Source: an uncultured Pseudomonadales bacterium
GTDB taxonomy: Bacteria; Patescibacteriota; Microgenomatia; UBA1400; PJMF01
NCBI GenBank assembly: GCA_964455555.1
Contig: CAYVXV010000002.1
Location: forward strand, 67,677 to 131,676
Direction: 5' to 3'
DNA length: 64,000 nucleotides
The translations under genes were made by a program, and so were the position numbers. This document shows positions 9,477 to 18,057 of the stretch, piece by piece (within the stretch, counting starts at the first letter, position 1; each line of letters starts with the position of its first letter). The notes beneath the pieces are model-generated. The model saw only the letters and a program-made list of their open reading frames with translations, was not told the origin of the DNA and did not search any database.

Positions 9477-11132
9477 ATGAGTAACTCAGAATATTGGTTT
9501 TTTCGCTTTCTCTACAGTAAAAGGTATCTGATTACCGCTATCAGTATAGTATTTATTGCTGCACTTATCAGGTTTTATAAGCTTGGCGAGATTCCTCATG
9601 GCTTAACCTGGGATGAGACGGCCATTGGCTACAATGGCTATGCTATTCTTACGACCCGCCGGGATGAGTGGCTCAATTTCCTGCCTGTTTCCTTCAAATC
9701 CTTTGGCGATTTTAAAGCTCCTATGGCTATCTACCTAAATGGCCCGTTTACCGCAGTGGCAGGATTAACGCCTTTCGGTGTCCGCTTGCCGTTTGCTTTA
9801 TCCGGAGTAATGGCGGTGGTTGGCCTCATGCTCCTTATCAAGGAGTTGTGGAGCCATGATAAACATGCCAAATTTTTTGCCTTGGCAGCTGGGGCGATCT
9901 TAACTTTTTCTCCCTGGCACATACACTTTACCCGCACAGGCTTTGAATCAGGTCTGATGCTAACGATGGTGATATTTGGGCTGCTATTTTTAAGGCTTGG
10001 CCTTACCTCCCGTATACCGGGTAGATCCTTGCTTTTTACAGGATCGGCTTTTATTCTTTTTGCCTTTAGCTTCTATACTTATCACAGCGCAAAGGTTTCC
10101 GTACCGCTTTTGGTACCTGTTTTCCTTCTTTTTCATTGGAGATATTTAAAGGCTCACAAACTGCAATTAGCCTTCGGAATAATAGCAGGGTTACTGCTGA
10201 TGGTGCCTTTAATAAAAGACACTTTTTGGGGCGAAGGATTGGAAAGAGCCGGCGTGACAGTGTTTGCCAGGTCGGAATCTCTTACTGAAGCCATTCTTCT
10301 GACAGGTAAACAATTTCTGATTCATTTAAGCCCACGCTTTTTATTATTTGGTGAATCAACTACGATGAGGCATGGCGACGGCACCTGGGGTGTGCTATTT
10401 CTTACCACTGCATTGGGAGCTATAACAGGATTTATAGCTGCTATTAAAGGAGTTTTTAGAGCAAAAAGACACAAAAAGGCTATGAGTCAAAAAACAAAAC
10501 TTGGTATTCTTTTCTTGTTTTGGGTAGCCCTGGGCCTCCTGCCGGCAGCAATAGCAACTGAAATACCTCACAGCAACCGTAGCTTAATGGCATTGCCCGG
10601 CTTTATTGGGCTGGCAATGGTTGGCTTGGATTTTGCCGCATCAGTATTACGCCGTTCCAAACTTAATCAAACCTGGAATGGTAGTAAAGGAGAGAAAAAC
10701 CTACTAGTTAAAGCAGCTATCGGTTCAGCCGCCCTGTTTCACTTTGTGTTTTTCTTTGCTTACGCCAATCATTATCTTAATGTTTTTGCAGCTGAATCAG
10801 CAGGCGCTTTTCAGGATGGTTATCTGGAAACTCTAGAATTGGTTAAAAGCTATGAGAAAGAAGTGAGCTCTATCATCATTTCCTCTAAATATGGCCAGCC
10901 ATACATCTACACTTTGTTCGCCAAGCAGGTTAGCCCGATTGCCTACAATGGCGGTGTCCTGGTTAGTTATCTTTTTCCGGATTCAGTTTCCATTAGCGAT
11001 TTAAACAGGGAGAATTCCTTAATAGTAGCCACTGCAGAAGATGAAGTTCCGTTTAAAAAAGCCGATCATCTTGTTTACGGCAGTGATGGAGAAATTCGGT
11101 TTGCCTTATTTATCACAGATAATGCAAACTAA
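9477..11132 (+). CDS. GT-C fold membrane glycosyltransferase, GT39/GT83-like
   Basis: TM1 then ...GEIPHGLTWDETAIGY... (DE motif); polytopic with a C-terminal soluble domain. Divergent from the 801-9416 operon. Confidence 0.65.
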   Translation: MSNSEYWFFRFLYSKRYLITAISIVFIAALIRFYKLGEIPHGLTWDETAIGYNGYAILTTRRDEWLNFLPVSFKSFGDFKAPMAIYLNGPFTAVAGLTPFGVRLPFALSGVMAVVGLMLLIKELWSHDKHAKFFALAAGAILTFSPWHIHFTRTGFESGLMLTMVIFGLLFLRLGLTSRIPGRSLLFTGSAFILFAFSFYTYHSAKVSVPLLVPVFLLFHWRYLKAHKLQLAFGIIAGLLLMVPLIKDTFWGEGLERAGVTVFARSESLTEAILLTGKQFLIHLSPRFLLFGESTTMRHGDGTWGVLFLTTALGAITGFIAAIKGVFRAKRHKKAMSQKTKLGILFLFWVALGLLPAAIATEIPHSNRSLMALPGFIGLAMVGLDFAASVLRRSKLNQTWNGSKGEKNLLVKAAIGSAALFHFVFFFAYANHYLNVFAAESAGAFQDGYLETLELVKSYEKEVSSIIISSKYGQPYIYTLFAKQVSPIAYNGGVLVSYLFPDSVSISDLNRENSLIVATAEDEVPFKKADHLVYGSDGEIRFALFITDNAN

Positions 11133-11842
11133 ACGAAATATTTTCCGCCAGAGAGTTTATAAATTCCCAGGTCTTTCAGGATGGTTAAGCCATATTTGCT
11201 GGAGCGCCAAAAATTAATCGATGAGGCTTCCTCAAAATACCTGACAGGCACAGCAATTTCGCCAATTTTGGCACCTTTAGCAATGGCTCCAAAAAGAATT
11301 TGAGAGTCAAAGGCAAAGTCATCAGTATAGCGGTGGAAGGGGAGCTTCTTTAGCAGTTTCTTGCTGAAAGCCCTAAAACCGGTGTGATACTCAGAAAGGT
11401 TCTGTCCCAAAAGAATGTTTTCCGTCATGGTCAAAAAGCGGTTGCCGGCATATTTATAACCGGGCATACCGCCGGCCAGCGCTTCTGCCCGTGTTCTGAT
11501 TCTGGAGCCGAGCATCACATCAAACCGCCCTTCAATAATTGGGCGCACCATTTCGCCAGTCAGAGTGCTGTCATACTGATAATCGGGGTGAATCATTACC
11601 ACTACGTCTGCACCTCTGGATAGAGCCAGGGTATAACAGGTTTTTTGATTGCCGCCATATCCTCGGTTTTGCGGGTGGGTAATCACCTCAAGGCCCAGCG
11701 CTTTGGCCACTTTCACCGTCTTATCTGAACTATTGTCGTCAACCAAAATAATCTCGTCCACCACTCCCTTGGGAATATCTTTGACTGTTTTCTTGAGTGT
11801 CTTGGCAGCGTTGTAGGCCGGCATAACGGCAATTACTTTCAT
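11129..11842 (-). CDS. GT2 polyprenyl-phosphate glycosyltransferase (DPM1/GtrB/ArnC-like), soluble type
   Basis: MKVIAVMPAYN...DEIILVDDNSSDKT...QNRGYGGN... gives the GT2 DxD/DD signature and the DPM1-like length of 237 aa. Its stop codon overlaps the stop of the convergent gene at 11132. Confidence 0.75.
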   Translation of the reverse strand: MKVIAVMPAYNAAKTLKKTVKDIPKGVVDEIILVDDNSSDKTVKVAKALGLEVITHPQNRGYGGNQKTCYTLALSRGADVVVMIHPDYQYDSTLTGEMVRPIIEGRFDVMLGSRIRTRAEALAGGMPGYKYAGNRFLTMTENILLGQNLSEYHTGFRAFSKKLLKKLPFHRYTDDFAFDSQILFGAIAKGAKIGEIAVPVRYFEEASSINFWRSSKYGLTILKDLGIYKLSGGKYFV

Positions 11843-13641
11843 GTTTTCCTTTTCTGATTAATAAAGATCAAGGCTGCGGCAGTTAAACCAACCATACTTG
11901 CCAGCCTACCTAGAATCACCGACAGAGTAGCTTGATGACTTATCTTGATATTATGTTCTCCTGGCTCTAGTTCAAATGCAATCAAACCGTCCTTTGAGGC
12001 AGTGTGTGCGACTTTAATATTATCTATATATACTGTCTGGCCCGGAAAATCAAACTGCTTGACTGTGACTTGAGCAATATCTTCTGCAAGAGCCATAAAT
12101 TCGATGCCGCTGTAGTCAACCTTGTACTCTCCAACAAGAATTTGTTCAGGAAAAACCAGTGGGAAATCCTGATCATCGAGTAGTTCACTACTGGCGTCTT
12201 TGGGGAGATACTCTGCAAAGGTATTAGTTGTTTTTTCTGCCCTGACTATGGCTTCCAGAGGAAAATTCAGGCGCATATTAACCCTGACATGATTGCGGTT
12301 CGTATACCAAGCAGCGGCAAAAGCCATGATTAGGAAAAAGACCCTGACTTCTAGTTTACGTGTTGTAGTCATGACTAACCCCAATGCCAACGAGCCAAAA
12401 AAGACGCTCAGCATCAGCAGCCTAAAAGGAAAATCCACGGTGGCCAGTTCGTTTGCCAACCGCCAAACAGGAGCTGAAATATCAAGCATGCCAATGATCG
12501 AAAGGCCGAAGAGACAGAGAACTCCTAAAGACAGCCACTTGTGCTCGTGAGTGCGCCTAAATATAACTGCCAATCCCAGCAGGCCGATACCCAGCCACTG
12601 GACAATCCCAACTTGAAAGGACAATTCTCCGTCTTTTGCATTTGTGGTGACCGGGCCATATCCCCAGGGGGAATATACCAATTGCTTAAAATTAACAAAA
12701 TACCGCTCAAACAGCTCACTATAACCGTTGCCGGCAGCTCTAGAACCGATTTCCGGCAAATAGCTTAACATCGGTAATAAATAGAATCCAGCCAATAAAC
12801 CGGCCAATACTGCCGACCCCAACAGATATAAAATATGCAGCTTTAAATCTTTTCCCCGGTTTTTAGCCAAGAGGACCAGCCCAAAGAGAGAAATAAAGGG
12901 AAGGATCATCACAAAAGTGATTAAATGGGAGAGCATAATTCCGGCAGCAGCTACCCCCGTTAAAACTACTCCCAAAACAGATTTCTCAGACAGTATCATC
13001 CAGAACCCTAAAAACAGGAGCGGCAGCAATGCCAAACTTAGGCTGGTGCCCACTGCGCCTGCCACCATGACGGCAAAAAACTGATAGGGTGCCCACATAT
13101 AGGCAATTGCTGCCAGAAACGCAGCCATCTTATCACGGGATATCCGGAAAACCAGCAGATACATTGCCAGCCCCGCTCCAATAAAGGACTTGATAAATAA
13201 GCCTTTCAGTATGAACTCTATTGAAAATCCTGCCGCTACAAACGGGGCGCTTAATATCCAAGGTAAATGATAGGAAAAGTAAAAAAGTGGATAGCCAATA
13301 CCTTCAGCAATTGGAAATATCCAGTTGGGCAAAAACATACCGGCTTTAAAGGCCTCTGAGTAGTGATAGAGCCTGGCAACCTGGTGCCAAATGTCATGGG
13401 CAGAAAACAAATCTGGCCCAAGAAGATCTTTCATGCCGAACAGCCCAGCCGCACATATTAAACCTATAACTGCTATGTGCCCGCACCAACCTTTTGTTGC
13501 AGACGAAATCTTCTCTGAAATATTAATCAATCCAGCCGTTTTGAACACAATCTTAATTAAATCATACTTGACCATGATATGATAGAGTTTATGATTTCTG
13601 TTGTCCTTGCTGTCCATAATGAGGAGAAAAACTTGCGCCAA
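11839..13641 (-). CDS. Polytopic membrane protein with a C-terminal beta-rich soluble domain (YfhO-like / GT-C-like candidate); start codon uncertain
   Basis: About 12 hydrophobic helices. The annotated 5' end (13641) overlaps the start of the divergent GT2 gene (13579). In-frame Met codons at 13617, 13575 or 13434, or a non-ATG start, are possible. Confidence 0.5.
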   Translation of the reverse strand: MAQVFLLIMDSKDNRNHKLYHIMVKYDLIKIVFKTAGLINISEKISSATKGWCGHIAVIGLICAAGLFGMKDLLGPDLFSAHDIWHQVARLYHYSEAFKAGMFLPNWIFPIAEGIGYPLFYFSYHLPWILSAPFVAAGFSIEFILKGLFIKSFIGAGLAMYLLVFRISRDKMAAFLAAIAYMWAPYQFFAVMVAGAVGTSLSLALLPLLFLGFWMILSEKSVLGVVLTGVAAAGIMLSHLITFVMILPFISLFGLVLLAKNRGKDLKLHILYLLGSAVLAGLLAGFYLLPMLSYLPEIGSRAAGNGYSELFERYFVNFKQLVYSPWGYGPVTTNAKDGELSFQVGIVQWLGIGLLGLAVIFRRTHEHKWLSLGVLCLFGLSIIGMLDISAPVWRLANELATVDFPFRLLMLSVFFGSLALGLVMTTTRKLEVRVFFLIMAFAAAWYTNRNHVRVNMRLNFPLEAIVRAEKTTNTFAEYLPKDASSELLDDQDFPLVFPEQILVGEYKVDYSGIEFMALAEDIAQVTVKQFDFPGQTVYIDNIKVAHTASKDGLIAFELEPGEHNIKISHQATLSVILGRLASMVGLTAAALIFINQKRKT

Positions 13642-14397
13642 TGCCTTAATTCGGTCTCAAACTTTGCTGATGAAATTATTATAGCCGACGGAGAATCTAC
13701 AGACGGTACTGTTGATATCGCCAAAGAATTTGACGCCAAAATTATTTCCACTACCAATAAACCAAATTTTCATATTAACAAGCAGATGGCAATGGATGCC
13801 GCAAATGGTGAAATTGTGCTTCAGCTGGATGCCGATGAAGCGGTAGATAATGAACTTAAGAAATTTATTTTAAAAGTTCATAAAAATCTTCAAGCAGGCA
13901 AAAAGCAGCCGGTAGCTTGGTGGCTCAAACGCAAAAATCTATTTTTAGGTCACTATTTAAGAAAAGGAGGTCAATACCCTGACCCCGTAATCAGGTTGTA
14001 TGTAAACGGCTTTGCCTCTCTTCCTCAAAAAGATGTCCATGAGCAGATGGAAGTAGAGGGGGAAGTGGGCTGGGCTGAGGGCCACCTAATTCATTACAGC
14101 AACCCCAGTTTTTCTGACTATATGAGAAAATTTAATACGTATACTTCTTTTAAAGCCTCACAGCTCAAGGATGGGGGGGTTACCATTAGTTTTAAAAACA
14201 GTATGAACTATTTAATAGCTAAACCGCTTTTTACATTTTTACTTCTATTTTTCAGGCACAAAGGATTTGTTGATGGCGTTCCTGGATTTGTTTTTGCCAT
14301 GATGAGCGGCTTGCATCATTTTTTTGCATACCTTAAGCTTTGGGAATTGTTTGAGCAGGAGAAGGCTGCCAAAGATTATGTTAAAAGTCCTAATTGA
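13579..14397 (+). CDS. GT2 family glycosyltransferase (WaaE/KdtX-like LPS-core type)
   Basis: MISVVLAVHNEEKNL...IIADGESTDGT...QLDADE... matches GT2 motifs, with a C-terminal ...GFVDGVPG... segment typical of this subfamily. Confidence 0.75.
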   Translation: MIEFMISVVLAVHNEEKNLRQCLNSVSNFADEIIIADGESTDGTVDIAKEFDAKIISTTNKPNFHINKQMAMDAANGEIVLQLDADEAVDNELKKFILKVHKNLQAGKKQPVAWWLKRKNLFLGHYLRKGGQYPDPVIRLYVNGFASLPQKDVHEQMEVEGEVGWAEGHLIHYSNPSFSDYMRKFNTYTSFKASQLKDGGVTISFKNSMNYLIAKPLFTFLLLFFRHKGFVDGVPGFVFAMMSGLHHFFAYLKLWELFEQEKAAKDYVKSPN

Positions 14398-15430
14398 TAC
14401 TTCGCCCCTGTCCAGCGAACATGCCTTGCGCGGCGTTGGAACCTATACGCGACAGCTTACAGAGGCTCTCGAAAATATTGGCGGCATTGAGGTAATCCGC
14501 TCGTCAACCTTAGAGAAGGGCCAATCTGTGAAGGCAGACGTAACTCATTATCCATTTTTCGATCTTTTTTTTGACACCCTCCCCATGGATCTAATCAGGC
14601 CAACCGTGGTGACTATTCATGATGTAATTCCTCTCAAGTTTCCGGAGCAATACCCCTCAGGAATAAAAGGTAATTTAAGATTTAATAAACAGAAACTGGC
14701 TCTTCGTACAGTTAATGCAATTGTGACTGATTCTGAGGCTTCAAAGCGTGACATTATTGATCTACTTGGTGTTCCTGAATTCAAAGTCCATGTAATTTAC
14801 TTGGCAGCCAGTCCTGATTTAGTTGCCCAGCCAGTAGCAAAGATTAAAGCTATCCGAAAAAAATATGGCCTTCCCCAAAAGTATGTCTTATATGTGGGCG
14901 ACATTAACTATAATAAAAACATTCCTCAGCTAATAAAAATGGTGAAGTACCTAGATTCTGACATGAAATTGGTATGTGTCGGCAAAAATTTTGTGGCACA
15001 AGATATTCCGGAGTGGAGCTGGATAGAAACCCAGCTAGCATTGAGCGATGTGGCAGACAGGGTTATATTTCTAAACACAGTCCTTACCGATTCTTTAGAA
15101 GACTTGGCAGCAATTTACAGCGGTGCTGTTTGCTATATTCAACCTTCTTTATATGAAGGCTTTGGTTTGCCCGTTCTTGAAGCTATGCAGTGCCGTACTC
15201 CAGTAATAGCCTCTGATGTTTCTTCTCTGCCAGAAGTTGGCGGTGAACATGCCTTGTATCTTGAGCCGACTGCAGAGAAGCTGGCAGAGAAAGTAATGGA
15301 GGTAAACTCCTGGTCTAAAACTAAACGACTTGCATGGACTAGGGGCGCTTACAAATGGAGCCAAAATTTCAGTTGGGAAAAAACAGCTAAAAAAACTGCA
15401 GAGATTTACAAACAAATAGCCCGCAAGTAA
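14378..15430 (+). CDS. GT4 family (GT-B) glycosyltransferase
   Basis: C-terminal ...YIQPSLYEGFGLPVLEAMQCRTPVIASDVSSLPEVGG... is the EX7E GT4 motif. The likely start MLKVLIDTSP at 14378 overlaps the upstream stop by 20 nt. Confidence 0.8.
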   Translation: MLKVLIDTSPLSSEHALRGVGTYTRQLTEALENIGGIEVIRSSTLEKGQSVKADVTHYPFFDLFFDTLPMDLIRPTVVTIHDVIPLKFPEQYPSGIKGNLRFNKQKLALRTVNAIVTDSEASKRDIIDLLGVPEFKVHVIYLAASPDLVAQPVAKIKAIRKKYGLPQKYVLYVGDINYNKNIPQLIKMVKYLDSDMKLVCVGKNFVAQDIPEWSWIETQLALSDVADRVIFLNTVLTDSLEDLAAIYSGAVCYIQPSLYEGFGLPVLEAMQCRTPVIASDVSSLPEVGGEHALYLEPTAEKLAEKVMEVNSWSKTKRLAWTRGAYKWSQNFSWEKTAKKTAEIYKQIARK

Positions 15431-15432
15431 TC

Positions 15433-16635
15433 ATGAAAAAAACCACAATCTGGATTTTGTCTGCTTTACTTTTCTGGTTTATTCTGCTCCAACTGACTGC
15501 TTTAAATGCCGGCCGGTTGGTGGCTTACGAACCTTCTTTTCCCTACGCTTACGACATCTTGGCCAAATTTAATTTACCTCAATGGTATTACTCCTGGGCT
15601 GGTTTTGATGGTGTCCACTATCTTACTATTGCCTTGAATGGTTATAAATATGCCGATTTAACTCAAGCCTTTTTTCCTCTGTTTCCTGGAATCTTGTCAG
15701 TTTTTGAGTCAATTGGCTTGAATCCGATTGCAGCAGGATTAATTTTAAACCTAACTTTACTGACTATGGCCTTGATACTGTTCTATAAATTGGTAAAACT
15801 TGACTTCAGTTATTCAGTAAGCAAAAAAGCTCTTTTGGCCTTGCTGTTGTTCCCAACCTCCTTCTTTTTCATCTCACTTTACACAGAGTCGCTGTTTCTG
15901 CTGACTGTAATCGGCGCCTTTCTGGCAGCCAGAAGGGGAAGATGGCTGCTGGCTGCTGGATTCACAATCTTGGCAACATCTTCAAGATTAGTCGGCATCA
16001 TGCTTGTACCTGCCCTGATAATGGAACTCTATTTACAGAAAAATAACCAAGTCTTTTTAGTCGACCTAATTAAAGACATCAGAAACAATAAGTTTGTAGA
16101 AACTTTTGTTTCAACGGCCAAAAACAATCTTAGGACAATTGCCCTGATTGGCGGTGGCTCTTTGGGGCTAATAATTTATATGAGTTTCCTATACAGAGAG
16201 TTTGGAGACCCGCTTTATTTTTATCACGTCCAATCAGAGTTCGGTGGAGGAAGGCAGGAAAACCTGATTATGTATCCTCAAGTTGTTTGGAGATATATTA
16301 ATATCCTCATCACAGCCCGCCCTTTTGACTGGAAATATTATTCTTATATCCTTGAAGCGATAGCCGGGGTAGGCGGCTTTTTTGGGCTAATGTATGCCCT
16401 TAAACATGTCCGGCTTTCATACGTTTTTTTCTCTCTGGGAATATTTATCATCCCCACCTTAACAGGAACCTTTTCCAGCCTGCCGCGCTATCTCTTGCCG
16501 GCTTTTGCCATATACATACTCTTGGCTAAGCTTCTTGAAACCCATACAATAAGCAGGTATACCTATTTCGGCATCTCAATGCTGCTTTTAGTCATTAATA
16601 CGATGCTCTTTATCCAAGGATATTGGGTGTCATAA
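15433..16635 (+). CDS. Polytopic membrane protein, PIG-V/GT76-like (Mannosyl_trans2-like) GT-C candidate
   Basis: ...WAGFDGVHYLTIALNGY... resembles the W-D-x-x-HY-x-IA-x-GY signature of PIG-V-type mannosyltransferases; about 10 TM helices. Confidence 0.4.
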   Translation: MKKTTIWILSALLFWFILLQLTALNAGRLVAYEPSFPYAYDILAKFNLPQWYYSWAGFDGVHYLTIALNGYKYADLTQAFFPLFPGILSVFESIGLNPIAAGLILNLTLLTMALILFYKLVKLDFSYSVSKKALLALLLFPTSFFFISLYTESLFLLTVIGAFLAARRGRWLLAAGFTILATSSRLVGIMLVPALIMELYLQKNNQVFLVDLIKDIRNNKFVETFVSTAKNNLRTIALIGGGSLGLIIYMSFLYREFGDPLYFYHVQSEFGGGRQENLIMYPQVVWRYINILITARPFDWKYYSYILEAIAGVGGFFGLMYALKHVRLSYVFFSLGIFIIPTLTGTFSSLPRYLLPAFAIYILLAKLLETHTISRYTYFGISMLLLVINTMLFIQGYWVS

Positions 16636-16644
16636 AAGGAAGAT

Positions 16645-17583
16645 ATGAAAATACTCGTTACCGGCGGCGCCGGCTTTATCGCCTCACATGTAGTAGATGC
16701 TTACGTAAACGCAGGCCATGAAGTGGTGGTAGTTGACAATCTTTCAACCGGACAGCTTGAGCATGTAAATCCCAACGCCAAGTTTCTTGAAGCAGATATT
16801 ACCGATAAAAACCTCATCCAAGCGATAATTGATACCGAAAAGCCTGAGGTAATAAACCATCACGCTGCTCATATTCAAGTAGGAAATTCTGTAAAGGACC
16901 CCCAATTCGATGCTGAAACTAATATTATTGGGCTGCTTCATATTATGGAGGCTGCTAAAGACGCGGAAATCAAAAAAGTAATTATGGCCTCAACCGGCGG
17001 AGCAATGTACGGCAATAAACAAACGCCGTTTACTGAAGAAATGAAAGAGGAGCCGCTTTCCCCTTACGGCGTTTCAAAACGGGCGGGTGAGCTTTACCTT
17101 AACTACTATCACGAGCTCTACAATATACCTTACGTGGTCCTTCGCTATTCCAATGTTTATGGCCCTAGGCAAAACCCTCATGGTGAATCAGGTGTGATAG
17201 CAATTTTCTCTGAGTACATTGCTGAAGGCAAGCAGCCTATTATCAATGGCGACGGCACCCACACCCGCGACTATGTTTATATAGATGATGTGGTTAAAGC
17301 AAATGTTATGGCTTTGGATACCGATTTTGTCGGTGAGCTAAATATCGGCACAGCAACAGAAATTTCCACTAACGAAGTATTTGAAAAAGTTGTTGCTGAG
17401 TTTGAGGCAGATATTAAAAAAGAACACGGGCCTGAACGGCCAGGAGAGCAAATAACCAGCTCACTGGCCTATGAAAAAGCCAGAGAGTCGCTTGGCTGGA
17501 CTCCCGAAGTGAACTTTGACGAAGGCGTGAAAAGAACGGTGGAGTGGTATAGAGGGAAAACTCATGGAAGCAATCAAAGCTGA
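16645..17583 (+). CDS. NAD-dependent sugar-nucleotide epimerase (GalE / UDP-glucose 4-epimerase-like SDR)
   Basis: MKILVTGGAGFIASH... Rossmann GxxGxxG motif and catalytic SPYGVSKRAGE (YxxxK). Good Shine-Dalgarno AAAGGAAG upstream. Confidence 0.8.
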   Translation: MKILVTGGAGFIASHVVDAYVNAGHEVVVVDNLSTGQLEHVNPNAKFLEADITDKNLIQAIIDTEKPEVINHHAAHIQVGNSVKDPQFDAETNIIGLLHIMEAAKDAEIKKVIMASTGGAMYGNKQTPFTEEMKEEPLSPYGVSKRAGELYLNYYHELYNIPYVVLRYSNVYGPRQNPHGESGVIAIFSEYIAEGKQPIINGDGTHTRDYVYIDDVVKANVMALDTDFVGELNIGTATEISTNEVFEKVVAEFEADIKKEHGPERPGEQITSSLAYEKARESLGWTPEVNFDEGVKRTVEWYRGKTHGSNQS

Positions 17584-17905
17584 TACTGATTATTTTATTA
17601 ACCAGCTTCAACATCTTCTTGAAATAGATGAGGACGAACCGGATAAAATCCTCCACAGTGAGGACGGGGCTTCTTCCAAATGGCGCACCGGCTGGTTCAC
17701 AGTGGTAGCGGGCAATCTGAAAAACTTAGTATATTTTGGCTTGGTAGATGACCCTTCGATAATAGAAATAATCAATAAAGCTGGTGAAGCCTGGATAAAT
17801 CCAGCATTTACAACAAAACCACTTACAACAAGAAAAGACATAGACCAAGGTAAAAGAGTGTTAGAAATAGTTTTAGATCATCTTAAATCTAAGAAAAGCA
17901 GCTAG
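17564..17905 (+). CDS. Hypothetical small acidic protein (113 aa)
   Basis: Overlaps the upstream epimerase stop by 20 nt, consistent with operon-style coupling. No recognisable motif. Confidence 0.45.
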   Translation: MEAIKADTDYFINQLQHLLEIDEDEPDKILHSEDGASSKWRTGWFTVVAGNLKNLVYFGLVDDPSIIEIINKAGEAWINPAFTTKPLTTRKDIDQGKRVLEIVLDHLKSKKSS

Positions 17906-17948
17906 CCTTCTACATTTTCCGCAACCAATTTCCATATATTGAAATTTG

Positions 17949-18021
17949 TGATGCTTCGCAGCCAGCATCAACCCGCCCGTCTCCCGCACCACCCCTGCGT
18001 CAACAACCATTGAGGCAGGGG
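17949..18021. terminator. Two stem-loops in the 152-nt gap between convergent genes: TGATGCT-N8-AGCATCA (17949-17970) and CCCCTGC-N16-GCAGGGG (17992-18021). Candidate bidirectional terminator.
   Basis: Perfect 7-bp inverted repeats seen in the sequence. No clean U-tract follows on either strand, so this is not a canonical terminator. Confidence 0.25.
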
Positions 18022-18057
18022 AGGGAAGACTTAATATTTTGAGATTGCCGGACAGCG

